Positions 40,052-52,908 of a DNA stretch of 64,000 nt are shown in pieces; position 1 is the stretch's first letter, and each line of letters starts with the position of its first letter. The notes beneath the pieces were generated by a model. It made no database searches. It had not been told where the DNA came from and was given only the letters and a program-made list of their open reading frames with translations. Both the position numbers and the translations under genes were made by a program. Origin of the DNA: Octopus vulgaris (lineage: Eukaryota); the NCBI GenBank assembly GCA_951406725.2, contig OX597816.1, positions 89,590,001-89,654,000 on the forward strand, in the 5' to 3' direction.

Positions 40052-41311
40052 GGGGTTGGACAAAATGGAAACACCTTAAAATTTCAAACAAATTTATTTT
40101 AATATGGAGTAGGACCGCCTTTGACGGTAATTGCAGCTTGGATTCTGCGAGGTATAGACTCGTACAGTTTGAATTGTTTCCAAAGGAATTTTGTCCATTC
40201 TTCAGCTGGAACAGTCTCCAGTTCTTGTAGTGATGACGGTGGAGGATATCGACTCCTTAGTTGTTTTTCTAAAATGTCCCATAAATTTTCAATAATATTG
40301 AGATCTGGGGACTGTGGTGGCTAGATAAGATGTTCAACTTCAATAGAATGTTCCTCGTGCCACTTTAACTGTGTGAATTGGTGCATTATCATCCTGAAAG
40401 ATTGTGTTTCCCTCCGGAAACAGTTCCGCAACAATAGGATGAATTTGATCAGATAAAATGCTTAAATAATTGTGACTATTAATTCTACCATGAAGGGAAA
40501 CCATCGGGCTGGCGGATTTCCAAGATATAGCCTCCCCCGCCACATCATCACAGATCCTCCTCTATGTTTAACATTTGGAAGAAGGCAGTCTGAGTCAAAT
40601 ATTTCTTTTGGCTGTCTCCACACATATACTCAGCGGTGGTCGGAAATAAGCTTAAGGATGACTTGTCCGAGAAAATAACATTCTTCCACTGCTCTAGGGA
40701 CAAGTTCAGTTGGGTTTTACTCCACTCTAAACGATTTGCAACGTTTGTTTTTGAAAGTAGTGATTTTTCTGATTGCGGCCCTTCGGTTAAATCCGCCTTT
40801 GTGCAGCTCCCGGTGAACAGTTTTTGTGGAGACTGGGTTCTTGAGGTGGTCATTAAGCTCTGCAGTAATTTTGGAAGCTGTACTTTTGTGATCCTTTCTA
40901 ACAATTTGTGTAAGAGTCCGACGGTCCCGATCTGAAAGTTTTGGTTTTCTTCCAGTGTTTTGCTTCGACGAAGAGGTTTTTCCAGCTTTCTCAAAGGGTG
41001 TCATTATTTGCGAGACAGTACTTCTTGATACACCAAACATTTCAGCCGTTTCGTTACACTAGCGTCTGTCATACGAGCACCAACAATTTGACCGATTAGA
41101 TAGTCCGATAGATCTGTCATTTTGATGAACTTAATTACTTTTTTCTGGTGATATTTGAAAAGAAACAGCTATTTTAGCAAAACATATTAAGCAACACTAA
41201 TAGTAAATAAAAAAAAAACGTAAAAATATACAAGCTTTTTACGGTTTTAGAGATATTTCAAAATTAGGATGCCAAGCTGCAAGGTTTTTCCATTATTTTT
41301 TCCAACCCCTG
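40050..41311 (-). mobile_element. Tc1 transposon with decayed transposase
   Basis: TIRs (C/G)AGGGGTTGGA.AAAAT...GGAAA.ACCT flanked by TA. Motifs GVSRSTV, GRKPKLS, WKNVIFSD and FQDDNAPIH. Confidence 0.92.
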
Positions 41312-41362
<51 letters not shown>

Positions 41363-41368
<6 letters not shown>

Positions 41369-42030
41369 AAAGGGCTTAGTAAAATAAATTACTTTGCCGC
41401 ATACTGAACTCATTAGAAATAGCAGCTAAAAAACTTTTTTAAAACTATTTCTAATACTTAAAGAAAACCTCTCTCATATAGTGTTTGCTCAATTCAGCTC
41501 ACGAAAGTATGGGGGTAAAGACATCAAAAAATCAATGCAAAGGTTATTTGAGAACGTACGTTTCAAGATTAGTCAACACGACACTTCTATCATCACTCAG
41601 AAACTCCTTGGTTTGGATTTGAAAACACTGAAAGTGGGAGCATGCCCTTTCGGCTTCTATCGCTTCTGAAGACCTGCCCGCAACTAACAGTGCCAACAAA
41701 CTCAAATATGAGATATTTGAGTTTGTTGGCACTGTTAGTTGCGGCAGGTCTTCAGAGGAAAAGCCGAAGGCATGCTCCACTTTCAGTGTTTTCAAATCCA
41801 AACCAGGATTTCGAGTGATGATAGAAGTGTCGTGTTGACTAATCTTGAACGTACGTTCTCAAATAACTTTGCATTTGATGTCTTACCCATACTTCGTGAG
41901 CTGAATTGAGCAAACACTATATGAGAGAGGTTTTCTTTAAGTATTAGAAATAGTTTTAAAAAGTTTTTAGCTGCTATTTAATGAGTTCAGTATGGGCAAA
42001 GTAATTTATTTTACTAAGCCCTTTTATATA
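41363..42030. repeat. Palindrome with about 330-bp arms and a 3-bp loop, embedded in (TA)n
   Basis: Arms are reverse-complementary around GAG at 41710-41712. Confidence 0.95.
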
Positions 42031-42124
42031 ATGTAATAATTTGAATTCGCCTTAAATGGTCCCTTTGCATACTGAACACTTGGTGAAATTGATTAATAAT
42101 TAATTAATTTTACCCTCAATTGTG

Positions 42125-42186
<62 letters not shown>

Positions 42187-42311
42187 CATGAAGAGTTTAT
42201 AACTTTTATTTCGTGTGCAATATAGGTACTTTGGCACACTCAGTCAGAATTAATGACGTTTAAAGTTTTCTATTTGGGATTTTATATTGCGCCTACCTGT
42301 TTATATATATA

Positions 42312-42369
<58 letters not shown>

Positions 42370-42472
42370 GATGACATGGAGATAAAAAGCGAGAGACTGA
42401 AAGGGAGCCGGAGACAACAAGCACTTTAAGCCTTGATCTCATTTCCATTATCTCGGTCTCTTTTGCAACTAT

Positions 42473-43816
42473 TTCATGTTTTATATCACTACAAAAGTAA
42501 TAATCTAATGTAGTGTGTTTTTTTAACACTATTACATGTTTCCTCCATACAAATATTAAATTGCCCACTGCTTAATCTGCTTGCATTATAAGCTATATTT
42601 ATTCATTTATTCCTTTAAGTGTTATTTGACAATTTTTATCAGTTATATTTCAGATTTTTTGTATTTGGTTTTCTACCGATACACAATAGACTATACAGTC
42701 TGAATAAAGAAAAGTACGTTGTCAACACATATAGTGTTGAGTTTTTTTTACTGTTAATAGCTGCTTTAATATCCATTAAATAAATGGAATATGCAAACTT
42801 CACAGTATGTCTTGCTATCTCTGCGACAGGAAGAAAAATGTTTGTCAAATGCCTTACAGAAAATTCCCGGGATGTCCATGCCTATCTGAATTCTGTAGGG
42901 AATAGTATACAAAGTCATATTTCTGTTCGTAATCTAGTTCCATTAACTTTGTTTACTTCATTTATATTAATATAGCTGTTTCTTACGTGTGTCAGTTCCC
43001 TCGTAAATGTACGAAATTCTTCGATTGTTCTTGAGGTTAAACTCAATGTTACTATACTTATTCCTTTTATATGTGCCTAACTGAGGTCCAGTCTCCGATT
43101 TACCTGGATATTTAGCACGGCATTCACGGAAAACAATAAAGTTATATAGATAATTCGCTTTTTTTATTTGGAAGGCAATTTTCGTAGCTCGCTATGAAGA
43201 CTGTCTTCTTATTTCTTCTATCTCTGACTCTCGTATAAGAAATCCTATTCATATATCTACGTATTGAAATAATTCATATTCCTTTGATATTCAATGTGTC
43301 ATACTATTGCGAGTACTGCCCGCTGTCCATAGGTATCTCTTCTGAATTACTTTCCAGAATATAATAGATGTTTTCTGCATATCCTGTCCTAGATGAAGCG
43401 GTATTATAAAGTTCCGATTTCTGAGAGAAAATCTCTTTAGTTGACAAACATTTTTCTTCCTGTCGCAGAGTTAGCAAGACATACTGTAAAGTTTGCATAT
43501 TCCATTTAATTTAATGGATATTAAAGCAGCTATTAACAGTAAAAAAAACTCAACACTATATGTGTTGACAACGTACTTTTCTTTATTCAGACTGTATAGT
43601 CTATTGTGTATCGGTAGAAAACCAAATACAAAAAATCTGAAATATAACTGATAAAAATTGTCAAATAACACTTAAAGTAATAAATGAATAAATATAGCTT
43701 ATAGTGCAAGCAGATTAAGCATCGGGCAATTTAATATTTGTATGGAGGAAACATGTAATGGTGTTAAAAAACACACTACATTAGATTATTACTTTTGTAG
43801 TGATATAAAACATGAA
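42473..43816. repeat. Inverted repeat, about 376-bp arms with a 592-bp spacer
   Basis: 42473-42848 is a near-identical reverse complement of 43441-43816. Confidence 0.93.
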
Positions 43817-44735
43817 CATTCTAAATTTAACACGACTAATTATAGATTTGATCACTGTTCTAGGCTGGTTAGAGCTTTCAGTGACGTATTGCAGGTTTTC
43901 GTTGGGTTTTATTAATATATTTTAAGTTTTCGCTTTGATAGGGATGATAAAGCCCAGAGACAATGTCGAATGTAACGTTTAGAATAATTGCTATGTAATA
44001 GTCCTGCTTTAAAGAAAGTCCTAAGGTATTAAGAAATGTTTCTGAGTTTTTCGTATTTCTCTCTTGTACTACTTTACTGTATTAATAGAAAATGAATATA
44101 CCTTTATCGCTATAATCAACAGCATCCAAATAAAAAGCATCGAACACATAAACAGCGTCGTCCCAATAAAATCACTATTTTTGGGAAATTTGTTTTTGAA
44201 ATAGTGTAAAATAAAAATACCCACTAAATCAGTAAATTGTGCTGAGTCACTACATTCCATGGTTATATCAATGTTATAAAGCCTATCTTTCCTTGACCAG
44301 AATTTAACTTCCAGTTCAGTAATTGTCTTCCTCGTCATTGATATTATGTCATGTGAATTTTTCATTAATTAATGTCAGTGTTCTCTCTCATGCATTCTCC
44401 CAACACCTACTTGAACTATATTTTGTGGCATACCAAGTATTTGTTTCTAAACTAATTTTTAAGATAATCCTTAACATTTTCACCTAATATAATTTAACTG
44501 TGGTAAAACTAATAATATTATGAATTGCTTACAGAAGTAGAGAAAAACGTATTAAATATATTAATTACTACAAAAGCTACAACCAACTTCTTTCTTCATC
44601 TAGTTACCTTTAAATCTATTCTCACTATTAACTTATCTTCATACAACCCTTCTGATACGGCCATTTTTTATTTAAAGAAGTGAATTTATATTAGAAGATT
44701 CTTTTCCTCTATATTCTTTTATACTATCATACTTT

Positions 44736-44788
<53 letters not shown>

Positions 44789-45408
44789 TATGTGTGTGTA
44801 TTCATACATATATATACACACACACACATACACACAATTCCATAACCTACAATACAAAAATAACCCTTCAACCATAGTAGCATATATACTCATACGCATA
44901 CGCAAACATGCATATGCACGCGTACACAAGCACACACGTACACACACACACAGACACATACTCATACGTAGACATGCACACACGCACATTCACAGCAAAA
45001 TTCAATGCAGTCTTACACATGTCACCTCGCCTCTCACCGCCAAATCTAACAACTCCCAATAACCCGTCAGCCCACTCCTCACATATACATCACTCAAGTG
45101 AACGCAAACTCACACACACTCTCTCACCATTTTTGCAAACTCGTGCCGACAAAACCACTTTCTCCATTTGCGATCACTTCAGCCATGTAAACACCTACCA
45201 GGTTTTCTTGGTAAATTATTTTACTTCTCTTACATCTTTCCTCTATCCTACTTCTCAGAAAGAACCATTCTCCAAACGCTACACTGTCACTTTTTGCCAT
45301 CTTACACTGAGCGTTAACTTAGTGTACACTATTTTCAATTATGTTGTTTTTATTTTTACTTTTGATTTCCGATATTATGTGTGTGTATGTGTATTTATGT
45401 ATAAAAGA

Positions 45409-48095
45409 TGTGGGATGACGTCAGCAGCTGGGGAGCTGATCGGAACTTGGGGCTGACTGGAAGGGGAGCGGTGACGCGCGCGCAGCGAAGGCAGAATCCT
45501 GCCTTTTCGAGTCAGGTCACCGAGCGGGTAAGACGGGTCAGCACGTTGTTAAGGTTCGGGAGAAGTAGCTGCTATCTCTAGCGTTCGGGTCGGGCTGTGT
45601 TGAAGGATCCATTACTGCTGAAGGGTCTCCATCTGAGCGAAGAGAAGGTAGGTGCCTTTATTTCGAATCTCTCGCATACACCACAGGCTATTTCGTCGCT
45701 CCATATAAGACGTCACCATGATGGCAGCGAAAATCAGGATCGCCAGCGACATCATCAGACCCTTTAATGGTGAAGGCGATGTAGTGGCCTGGATTTGTAA
45801 AAACAGGCTGGTGGCAAGACTGCAAGGTATAAGCGATGTGGCAAGTCTTATGGCGCTGTATTTGGAAGGGAGCGCGTTGATGCTATATCTTGAGATGGAC
45901 GAGGAAGAACGTCTGAGCGAGGAAAAGATAAAGCAACGTCTGAGGGATGCCTACACAGAGTGTGAACACACAGCTTTTGCTAAGCTGGGTACGATCAGAT
46001 GGACGGGAGGACAGGTGGACGAGTACGCGGCAGAAGTTCGAAGGTTAGCGACAATGGCTGGGTTTACAGGAGAAGGGCTGGAGAGAGCAGCGCGACTGGC
46101 GTTTGTAAATGGGTTCCCCAACGATTTAGGGATTCACCTACAACAATTGCCCGGGATTAAAAAGATGGCGCTGAGCGAACTTGTGACTCAAGCCCGCGTG
46201 TTGACGCGACACTCTGGGCGGAAGGCGATAGCGATGGCGGTGACGGAGGTGCGTAAAGACAGACGACGACCGGAGAAAGACGTACAGAAGCCTACCATGC
46301 AACGACAGCGGCCGTTCTCAGGTCGGTGTTTTAGATGTCAGGGGTCGCACATGGCGCGGGACTGTACGCAACCGGGACCCGTTTGCTATCGATGCAAGCA
46401 GACAGGGCACATCGCCCGTGATTCCGACCAGGGAAACGACCGCGGGGAAGTTGCTGCCTCTCGAACTTTCCCCGCAAACGAATAGAGGCGCTATTGGAGA
46501 CGCTGCCATTAATTGACGTGGAGACCGAGGGGAAGACGTTCAAGGCTCTCGTGGATACGGGCTGTACGACCACCCTTGTGACTTCAAGGGTGACGAAGAA
46601 ATGGAACGGGGCAAGTAGCGTCTGGGCGGTCGACGGCAGCGAAATCCGTTGCAGAGGCGGTAGCAATGTAGAGATAGTGGTGCGCGGCGCGACGCTAAGG
46701 CTGCAGGTAATTGTGACTGAACACGTGATAGATGGGGTTGGTGTGGTGATGGGGATGGACGCCATCAACCGCCTCGGTGGCGTCAGTATTGTGGGAGATG
46801 AGGTCACGTTCGGAAGCGTGGGGGCGTCGAGCACTGCGAGTCAGGGACGCCAGAGAGAGCAGAGCCCCGCGAGGGACTGCGCCGCTTACACCATCGAGGA
46901 CAAAGACTTTCAGGCGGCGTTCGATGGTCAGCGGTGGACGATAGAGTGGCGATGGAAGGACGAGCTCCCGATGCTGAAAAACAGAGTGAGCTGTTACCAG
47001 CATACCCTGAAAGGTCACGTCAGGGTTGAGTTTGAAGACGAGGTGGAGAGGTGGATCGAGGAAAGGGTCCTTGTCCCTTGGGAGGAGGAGGAGGAGGAGG
47101 AGGTGGATGTAGTGGGCGGAGTGCTACCCCTGATGGCGGTGGTGCAGCCTACCAAGGGAAAAGTCAGACCGGTGCTGGACTTCAGGGAGCTAAACCAGCA
47201 TATATCGTGTCACACGGGAGGCGAGGCGACAGACGTTTGTGGCGAGACGTTACGTGCGTGGAGAACGAAGGCAGCGACGATTGTCGACTTGAAATCGGCA
47301 TACTTGCAGCTCCATGTGAGCAACAAACTGCGGTGATATCAGCTGGTGCGGTACAAAGGCCGGACGTACTGTTTAACCAGGCTGGGTTTCGGGCTGAATT
47401 CCGCTCCGAAGATCATGGCGGCAGTGCTTAAATCCGTCCTAGGGAAAGACGGCAAGATTAGAAAGGCCACCAGCTCCTACATCGACGACATTTTGGTGGA
47501 CGAAACTGTAGTGCCAGCCAACGAGGTAGTTAGACATCTGGAGAAGTTCGGACTGATTGCGAAGCCACCGGAGTCGATGGAAGGGGGCGCCGCGCTGGGG
47601 CTGAAGCTGCGAAGAGATAGATCGGGTGAATTGATATTCCGGAGATTGAATGAAATCCCAGAGCTGAGTTCCAGCGTCAGCAGGAGAGACCTGTTCTCGA
47701 TGTGTGGGAAGTTGGTGGGTCACTACCCGATCGCTGGAGGGCTGCGCACGGCGTGCAGTTACACCAAGAGATGAGCGGAGGAGGAGAGTTGAGGCGACAA
47801 GGTAGGAGATGATTCAGGAAATTCTAGAGAGGACGAGAGCGGAAGAGGACGTGCCCAAGACGGAATGCGGGACCGTCTGGTGTGATGCTAGCAGTATAGC
47901 GATAGGGGTTGTGTTGGCAATCGAAGGCGCTGCGGTGGAGGACGCGGCCTGGCTTCGGAAAGCAGATGACTTCAACCTCATCAATGTCGCCGAATTAGAC
48001 ACGGTGCTGAAAGGGGTGAATTTGACCCTGAAATGGGGGCTGCGCACAATTGAAATCCAGATGGATTCGACCACTGTACTTGGCTGGGTAGGATC
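45409..48095 (+). mobile_element. 3'-truncated Gypsy-like LTR retrotransposon (5' LTR about 45409-45685, gag, PR, RT, RNase H)
   Basis: GC-rich block with a TG...CA LTR candidate. gag 45718-46485 has CCHC knuckles; pol has LVDTG protease, RT motifs VLDFRELN, DLKSAY, LGFGL and YIDD, and WCDAS RNase H. No integrase or 3' LTR. Confidence 0.92.
46431..46475 (+). promoter_or_regulatory. -1 programmed ribosomal frameshift signal (gag-pol)
   Basis: G_GGA_AAC in the gag frame followed by a GCGGGGAAGTT/AACTTTCCCCGC stem-loop; the -1 frame is open into the protease. Confidence 0.8.
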
Positions 48096-48099
48096 GGTA

Positions 48100-48455
48100 T
48101 ATATAGTTGAAATTTATACAAAAACAAAAGACGAAGACTGGTGTATGAACACCAAGCAGATGCATTAGTTTCACCCTCGGGAAAGTGAGAAAGTCTTTTA
48201 CGTTTCGAACCTAGGCTTTTCAGCACAAAGGATTATGGAGAAATAAGCAGAGAAAGAATATAAAAACTTGTGGATTTAGCGATCAATCATGGCGGACATT
48301 TGTTTTCAATCACTGCAATTATTTGTACACAACGTAGTCCTCCAAGCGTGAAGCTACTTCATTACGCAACCGTTTCCCTGCATTATGATATCTAGCTGTG
48401 TTTCCTCAGGCGATATGTAAATATTGTCTCCGTAAGTTCAAATTCTCGGCTTCAA
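48100..48455 (-). mobile_element. Penelope-type pseudo-LTR remnants truncating the Gypsy element
   Basis: First part is homologous to 29862-30045; second part is homologous to the 37.1-kb hairpin arm. Confidence 0.55.
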
Positions 48456-49057
48456 GAGCATTCTCTCTGTATGTCGTGGCATGAAGTTTGTCGTCGCTAC
48501 TGAGTTTATCAAAGTGTTTTGTTACTTAAGGACCGTTGTCAAACTTCCTTGAATGTGCAGTGGTAGTGGGATGGTGATCCACTGCTTTGAATTTGTAGAT
48601 GTAGTGGAATGGTGATTCTGCCATTGTTTAAGTGGTTGCGTTTTAAAATGGTAACCACTTTAACAATAGCAGAATCATTTAAGAAGTATCTACTATTTTA
48701 TAGATCAAGGAAATACATATTTATTCGTAAGTTTGTAATAATTTCTTACCTGTATCACAATTTGTCCCAGAATATCCAGCCTTGCATGTACACTTGTACG
48801 AATTGCCATTACTTTTGCACTCTCCTCCATTCTTGCATGGGTTTGCGGCACACGGATCAACTAGAAGTCAATATATCAAAAATCAAACAATATTTCAAGT
48901 ATGAGTGATCACAAGTGAAAATGTCTACAATTCTAGAGAGTTACGGAAGTCGACGAATACGTTAAAATGGAAAATAATGTCTTATCGACATTAATATAAA
49001 TACAATATATGCATACATACAAACATACATACATACATACATACATACATACATACA

Positions 49058-49091
<34 letters not shown>

Positions 49092-49187
49092 CATATATCC
49101 TTATCTGGAACAATCCTCTCTACTAAAACCCGGAACCAAGAGGACATCCACCACACCCAACACCACCACCGATAAAAAAGAATACAC

Positions 49188-49249
<62 letters not shown>

Positions 49250-49251
<2 letters not shown>

Positions 49252-49415
49252 ATCTAAACATGAACAAAGAGAAAACACAACACGAGGACGTGGAACAAGT
49301 ATAGTGTTATTGGACGCTCAGGAAAGGAAGGAAAGAAGGAGGATGTAACGTTTCGAGTGGAGCTCCATGTCAGAAATATAGAAAAAAAAGGAAAAGTCCA
49401 AGGATGGGAAGACGG
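49250..49415 (-). mobile_element. Penelope-type pseudo-LTR remnant at (TA)n
   Basis: Homologous to 51112-51320. Confidence 0.6.
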
Positions 49416-50046
49416 AAATATCCTATCTGTTTTCTTGACTTTTCCAATTTTTTACAGGTGTCCAAAAACAATTGTGTTAGATTACTGTAGTTCTGATGAC
49501 AGTTTTCGAACCTTTGTTCTCGAATTTTGTTCAACCAAAGCATTTAAACCATCATGTCGAATAACTGATTTTGGCCTACATCTTGTTTTATTTTCAAGGC
49601 TATCATCTCCTGAACGAGAGCTTTGGAACCAATTCTGAACATTTCTGATGTCAACTAAACCATTACCAAAGGCCTACTTGATATTCCGTAGAGCTTCTGC
49701 GGTAGAGTGACTCAGCTTGTACTCATACGAGAAAATCACACAACATACTTTGGTTGTTACCGTTTTTATAAGGTCTGTAGGTACGAATTTTGTATACCAA
49801 TATTGATGGTAAAGAAAAAGAGTCAAGAGTCAAATGCAAGGCATACTTAATTGAGTTTTTAAATGACTGAAATAACAAATAATTAAAATGCGACATTTCA
49901 TGTGAAACAAACTAATACCACTGCGTAACAAGTGAAACAAACTAATACCAGCTATGCTGGGGCAATAAAGAAGAGTACATATTAAACACCGATTACACAA
50001 TCGATCAAGTATATAACAACAATCAATATCACATCTTTCTACGTAC

Positions 50047-50218
50047 CTCTGCATTCTCCATTGATGGGGGCGGAGCCTTTCGGGCATTTGCATACACGTG
50101 TACCTGATTCAACTAAACAACTGGATCCTTTCGGGCAGGGAGAACTTTCCTTGATATTTTGATTAGCCAAACAAGTTATCGATTTTGAGCAGTCGTTTAA
50201 TAACAAAGTTGTGTCAAC
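50047..50218 (-). CDS. Host gene exon: TILa/EGF-like module, unit A
   Basis: Acceptor ttctaaccAG, donor GTacgt, 172 bp, phase 0->1. VDTTLLLNDCSKSITCL...PCPKGSSCLVESGTRVCKCPKGSAPINGECR; paralogous to 17308-17479. Confidence 0.82.
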
Positions 50219-50804
50219 CTGGTTAGAAATAGAATAATTAAATTTTCAGTTAGGTACAATTTCAATAATATCGACTTTAGTTCATTATACTTTGCACATT
50301 TAAGGTGGTGAGCTGGCAGAGTAATCATTCGCCAGATAAAATGCTTAATGGTATTTCGTGGGGTGGATGGAACCTTTTTCACCCTTCCCCGAAACTGCTA
50401 GTCTCCTGGCAAGTTTTGAACCAATATCTGTTACACATATTGTTATTTTAGACATATACAATAAAAGTAGCCATGGTCGTGAAAGACTTAAGAATAATGA
50501 CATTGCATCGGTAACCATACAATAAATACTTACTCAGACGTACTGTATCAATGAAAAAACTATAATAGTATGACATAATCTTATCTTGGAAGAAGACAAT
50601 TGCATATATTTAGCAATACATCTGCAAATTCATGTTGATCCTTGAATAACTGTAGTCCTTCTGGTAAAGAATCTCATCTGCTTGACGCCAGAATACGAAA
50701 CGATACCCAGGGTGGGCCGAACCATGGGTGTCTGTGTGCGTGCATATGTGTACGTATTAATGTATGTATCAATATATGTCTCTATCTACTAATTAATAGA
50801 CATA

Positions 50805-50843
<39 letters not shown>

Positions 50844-50928
50844 TTATATGTACGTATGTATATATATATATCAACATATATATATTAATATATTTGTGTT
50901 AAGATATATATGTGTGCGTATGTATATG

Positions 50929-50965
<37 letters not shown>

Positions 50966-51013
50966 ATACACATATCTATAGAGACTTATACATCTCTCTC
51001 TCTCTCTCTCTCT

Positions 51014-51110
<97 letters not shown>

Positions 51111-51212
51111 GTTAATCCAAACATGAAAACACAAAGAGAAAACACAACAACGCGGGGACGTGGAACAAGTATAATGTTATTGGACGCTCAGGAAAGGAAA
51201 GAATGAAAGAAG

Positions 51213-51247
51213 ATTTAACGTTTCGAGCGGAGCTCTTCGTCAGAAAC
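51213..51247 (-). ncRNA. Minimal hammerhead-ribozyme-like motif in a pLTR remnant (51112-51320)
   Basis: Minus strand GTTT-CTGACGA-A-GAGC-TCC-GCTC-GAAACGTT-AAAT: core boxes, 4-bp stem II, palindromic stem III and a short stem I. Confidence 0.6.
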
Positions 51248-51411
51248 ATAGGAAAAGGAAAGGTCCAAGGAAGGGAAGAGGAGGAAAAATCGCCAACGGT
51301 ACACAAGCGGTCACATTTTGAATGTGACCGCATGAATATATGTGACTTGCTGCATGTGACCGCATATAGATATTATATTATATATATATATTAATCAATT
51401 TATGGACGCTG

Positions 51412-51450
<39 letters not shown>

Positions 51451-51492
51451 TCAATTTAGGTAGAATATATATATATATATATATATAAATAT

Positions 51493-52108
51493 ATTAATCA
51501 ATTTAGGGTAGCAAAAAATTCAATAGAAATTTATCGCTACCAGCGGTCTAGTGGGAAAGAGAAAATAGTCAAAGACTAAATATATAAAATTAAACAATTT
51601 AGAAATGGCCTTAATAGGCCATTCGTCCACTAGAAAGAGCAGCCATAACTCAAACCGCTAAGTAGTAATTCAGAAATTAGGTGAACATTTAAAAACGTTT
51701 ACCCTAATTCATCTTTAAGAGACAAATATATATATAAAATTTTATATATTTAGTCTTTGACTATTTTCTCTTTCCCACTAAACCGCTGGTAGCGATAAAT
51801 TTCTATTGAATTTTTTGCTACCCTAAATTGATTAATTGATAATTTTCTGACTAATTCTGAGATTGAATCGGCAGTTTATATTTACTAGTGATAAGTTGGC
51901 GCGAATACGATGGTCGTGAAAATTTTAAGACAGATATTCCGAAGGCATCGATACAGACGCCTCGTGTATATTTGTCTCTTAAAGATGAATTAGGGTAAAC
52001 GTTTTTAAATTTTCACCTAATTTCTGAATTACTACTTAGCGGTTTGAGTTATGGCTGCTCTTTCTAGTGGACGAATGGCCTATTAAGGCCATTCCTAAAT
52101 TGTTTAAT

Positions 52109-52110
<2 letters not shown>
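51493..52110. repeat. Interleaved inverted repeats A-B-A'-X-B' between (TA)n runs
   Basis: A (51493-51590) is the reverse complement of 51738-51836; B (51588-51730) is the reverse complement of 51967-52108. Confidence 0.92.
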
Positions 52111-52143
<33 letters not shown>

Positions 52144-52144
52144 A

Positions 52145-52179
<35 letters not shown>

Positions 52180-52330
52180 ATGTATACATATTTATGCATA
52201 AACATATGTACTTGTGCATATGTATATGTATGTACCTGTGTGTTCGCCTGTGTATGTGTGACGTGAAGTATGTGTGTATACATAATTAACTATTCTTTTG
52301 GAACATTTACACAAAAGTTATTGAACTAAC

Positions 52331-52530
52331 CTTTAGATACATCCCGCCATACATACAACCACATTGTGATATTGGTACACATTCCTCTCCACTGAGAACA
52401 TAGTTTCCTTTGCATATACATCCATCAGTAAGATAAGCGGTCGGTGTGGGATTTCTGTTCGTGCAAGTTGGTTGGTTGTTAGAAACATTAAATTTGTATA
52501 TCGTGTTCGCCCATGTACTACAATCCAACT
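52331..52530 (-). CDS. Host gene exon: TIL domain, unit A
   Basis: Acceptor cattatttAG, donor GTtagt, 200 bp, phase 1->0. LDCSTWANTIY...PTC...DGCICKGNYVLSGEECVPISQCGCMYGGMYLK is a TIL followed by the CGC..G.Y motif. Confidence 0.88.
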
Positions 52531-52908
52531 CTAAATAATGAAAATACATATCGTTCATAATATTAAGGATAATAATGATAATGGCAAAGATTTAACTGAA
52601 GCAGTCGGGGATACGGATGTGAAAAAGAAGGCGTTGCAAATTTATCAATGTGACCATAATTAATTATGTCATGATGTTGGTTTTCTACTATTTTATTACA
52701 TATGTAGGAGGCGAATCTTTGAACAATGATTCAAAATATAGCAATATTTGTAGGTTAGTGGTGTCCTAACCGTGCTGAAATATTTGAAATGATTAAGGAA
52801 ACATAAAAGCTGCAAATGCAATACCAGAACTATACAGAGTGAGAGAAAAACGGCACAAATTAGAAAACAAATTGCAAGCGTTTCATATCAAATAAAACAT
52901 CTACTCAC

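Noticed and set aside
43220-43250. GFLIRESE, resembling the SH2 FLVRES signature
   Set aside because: No other SH2 motifs and flanked by stops; probably chance.
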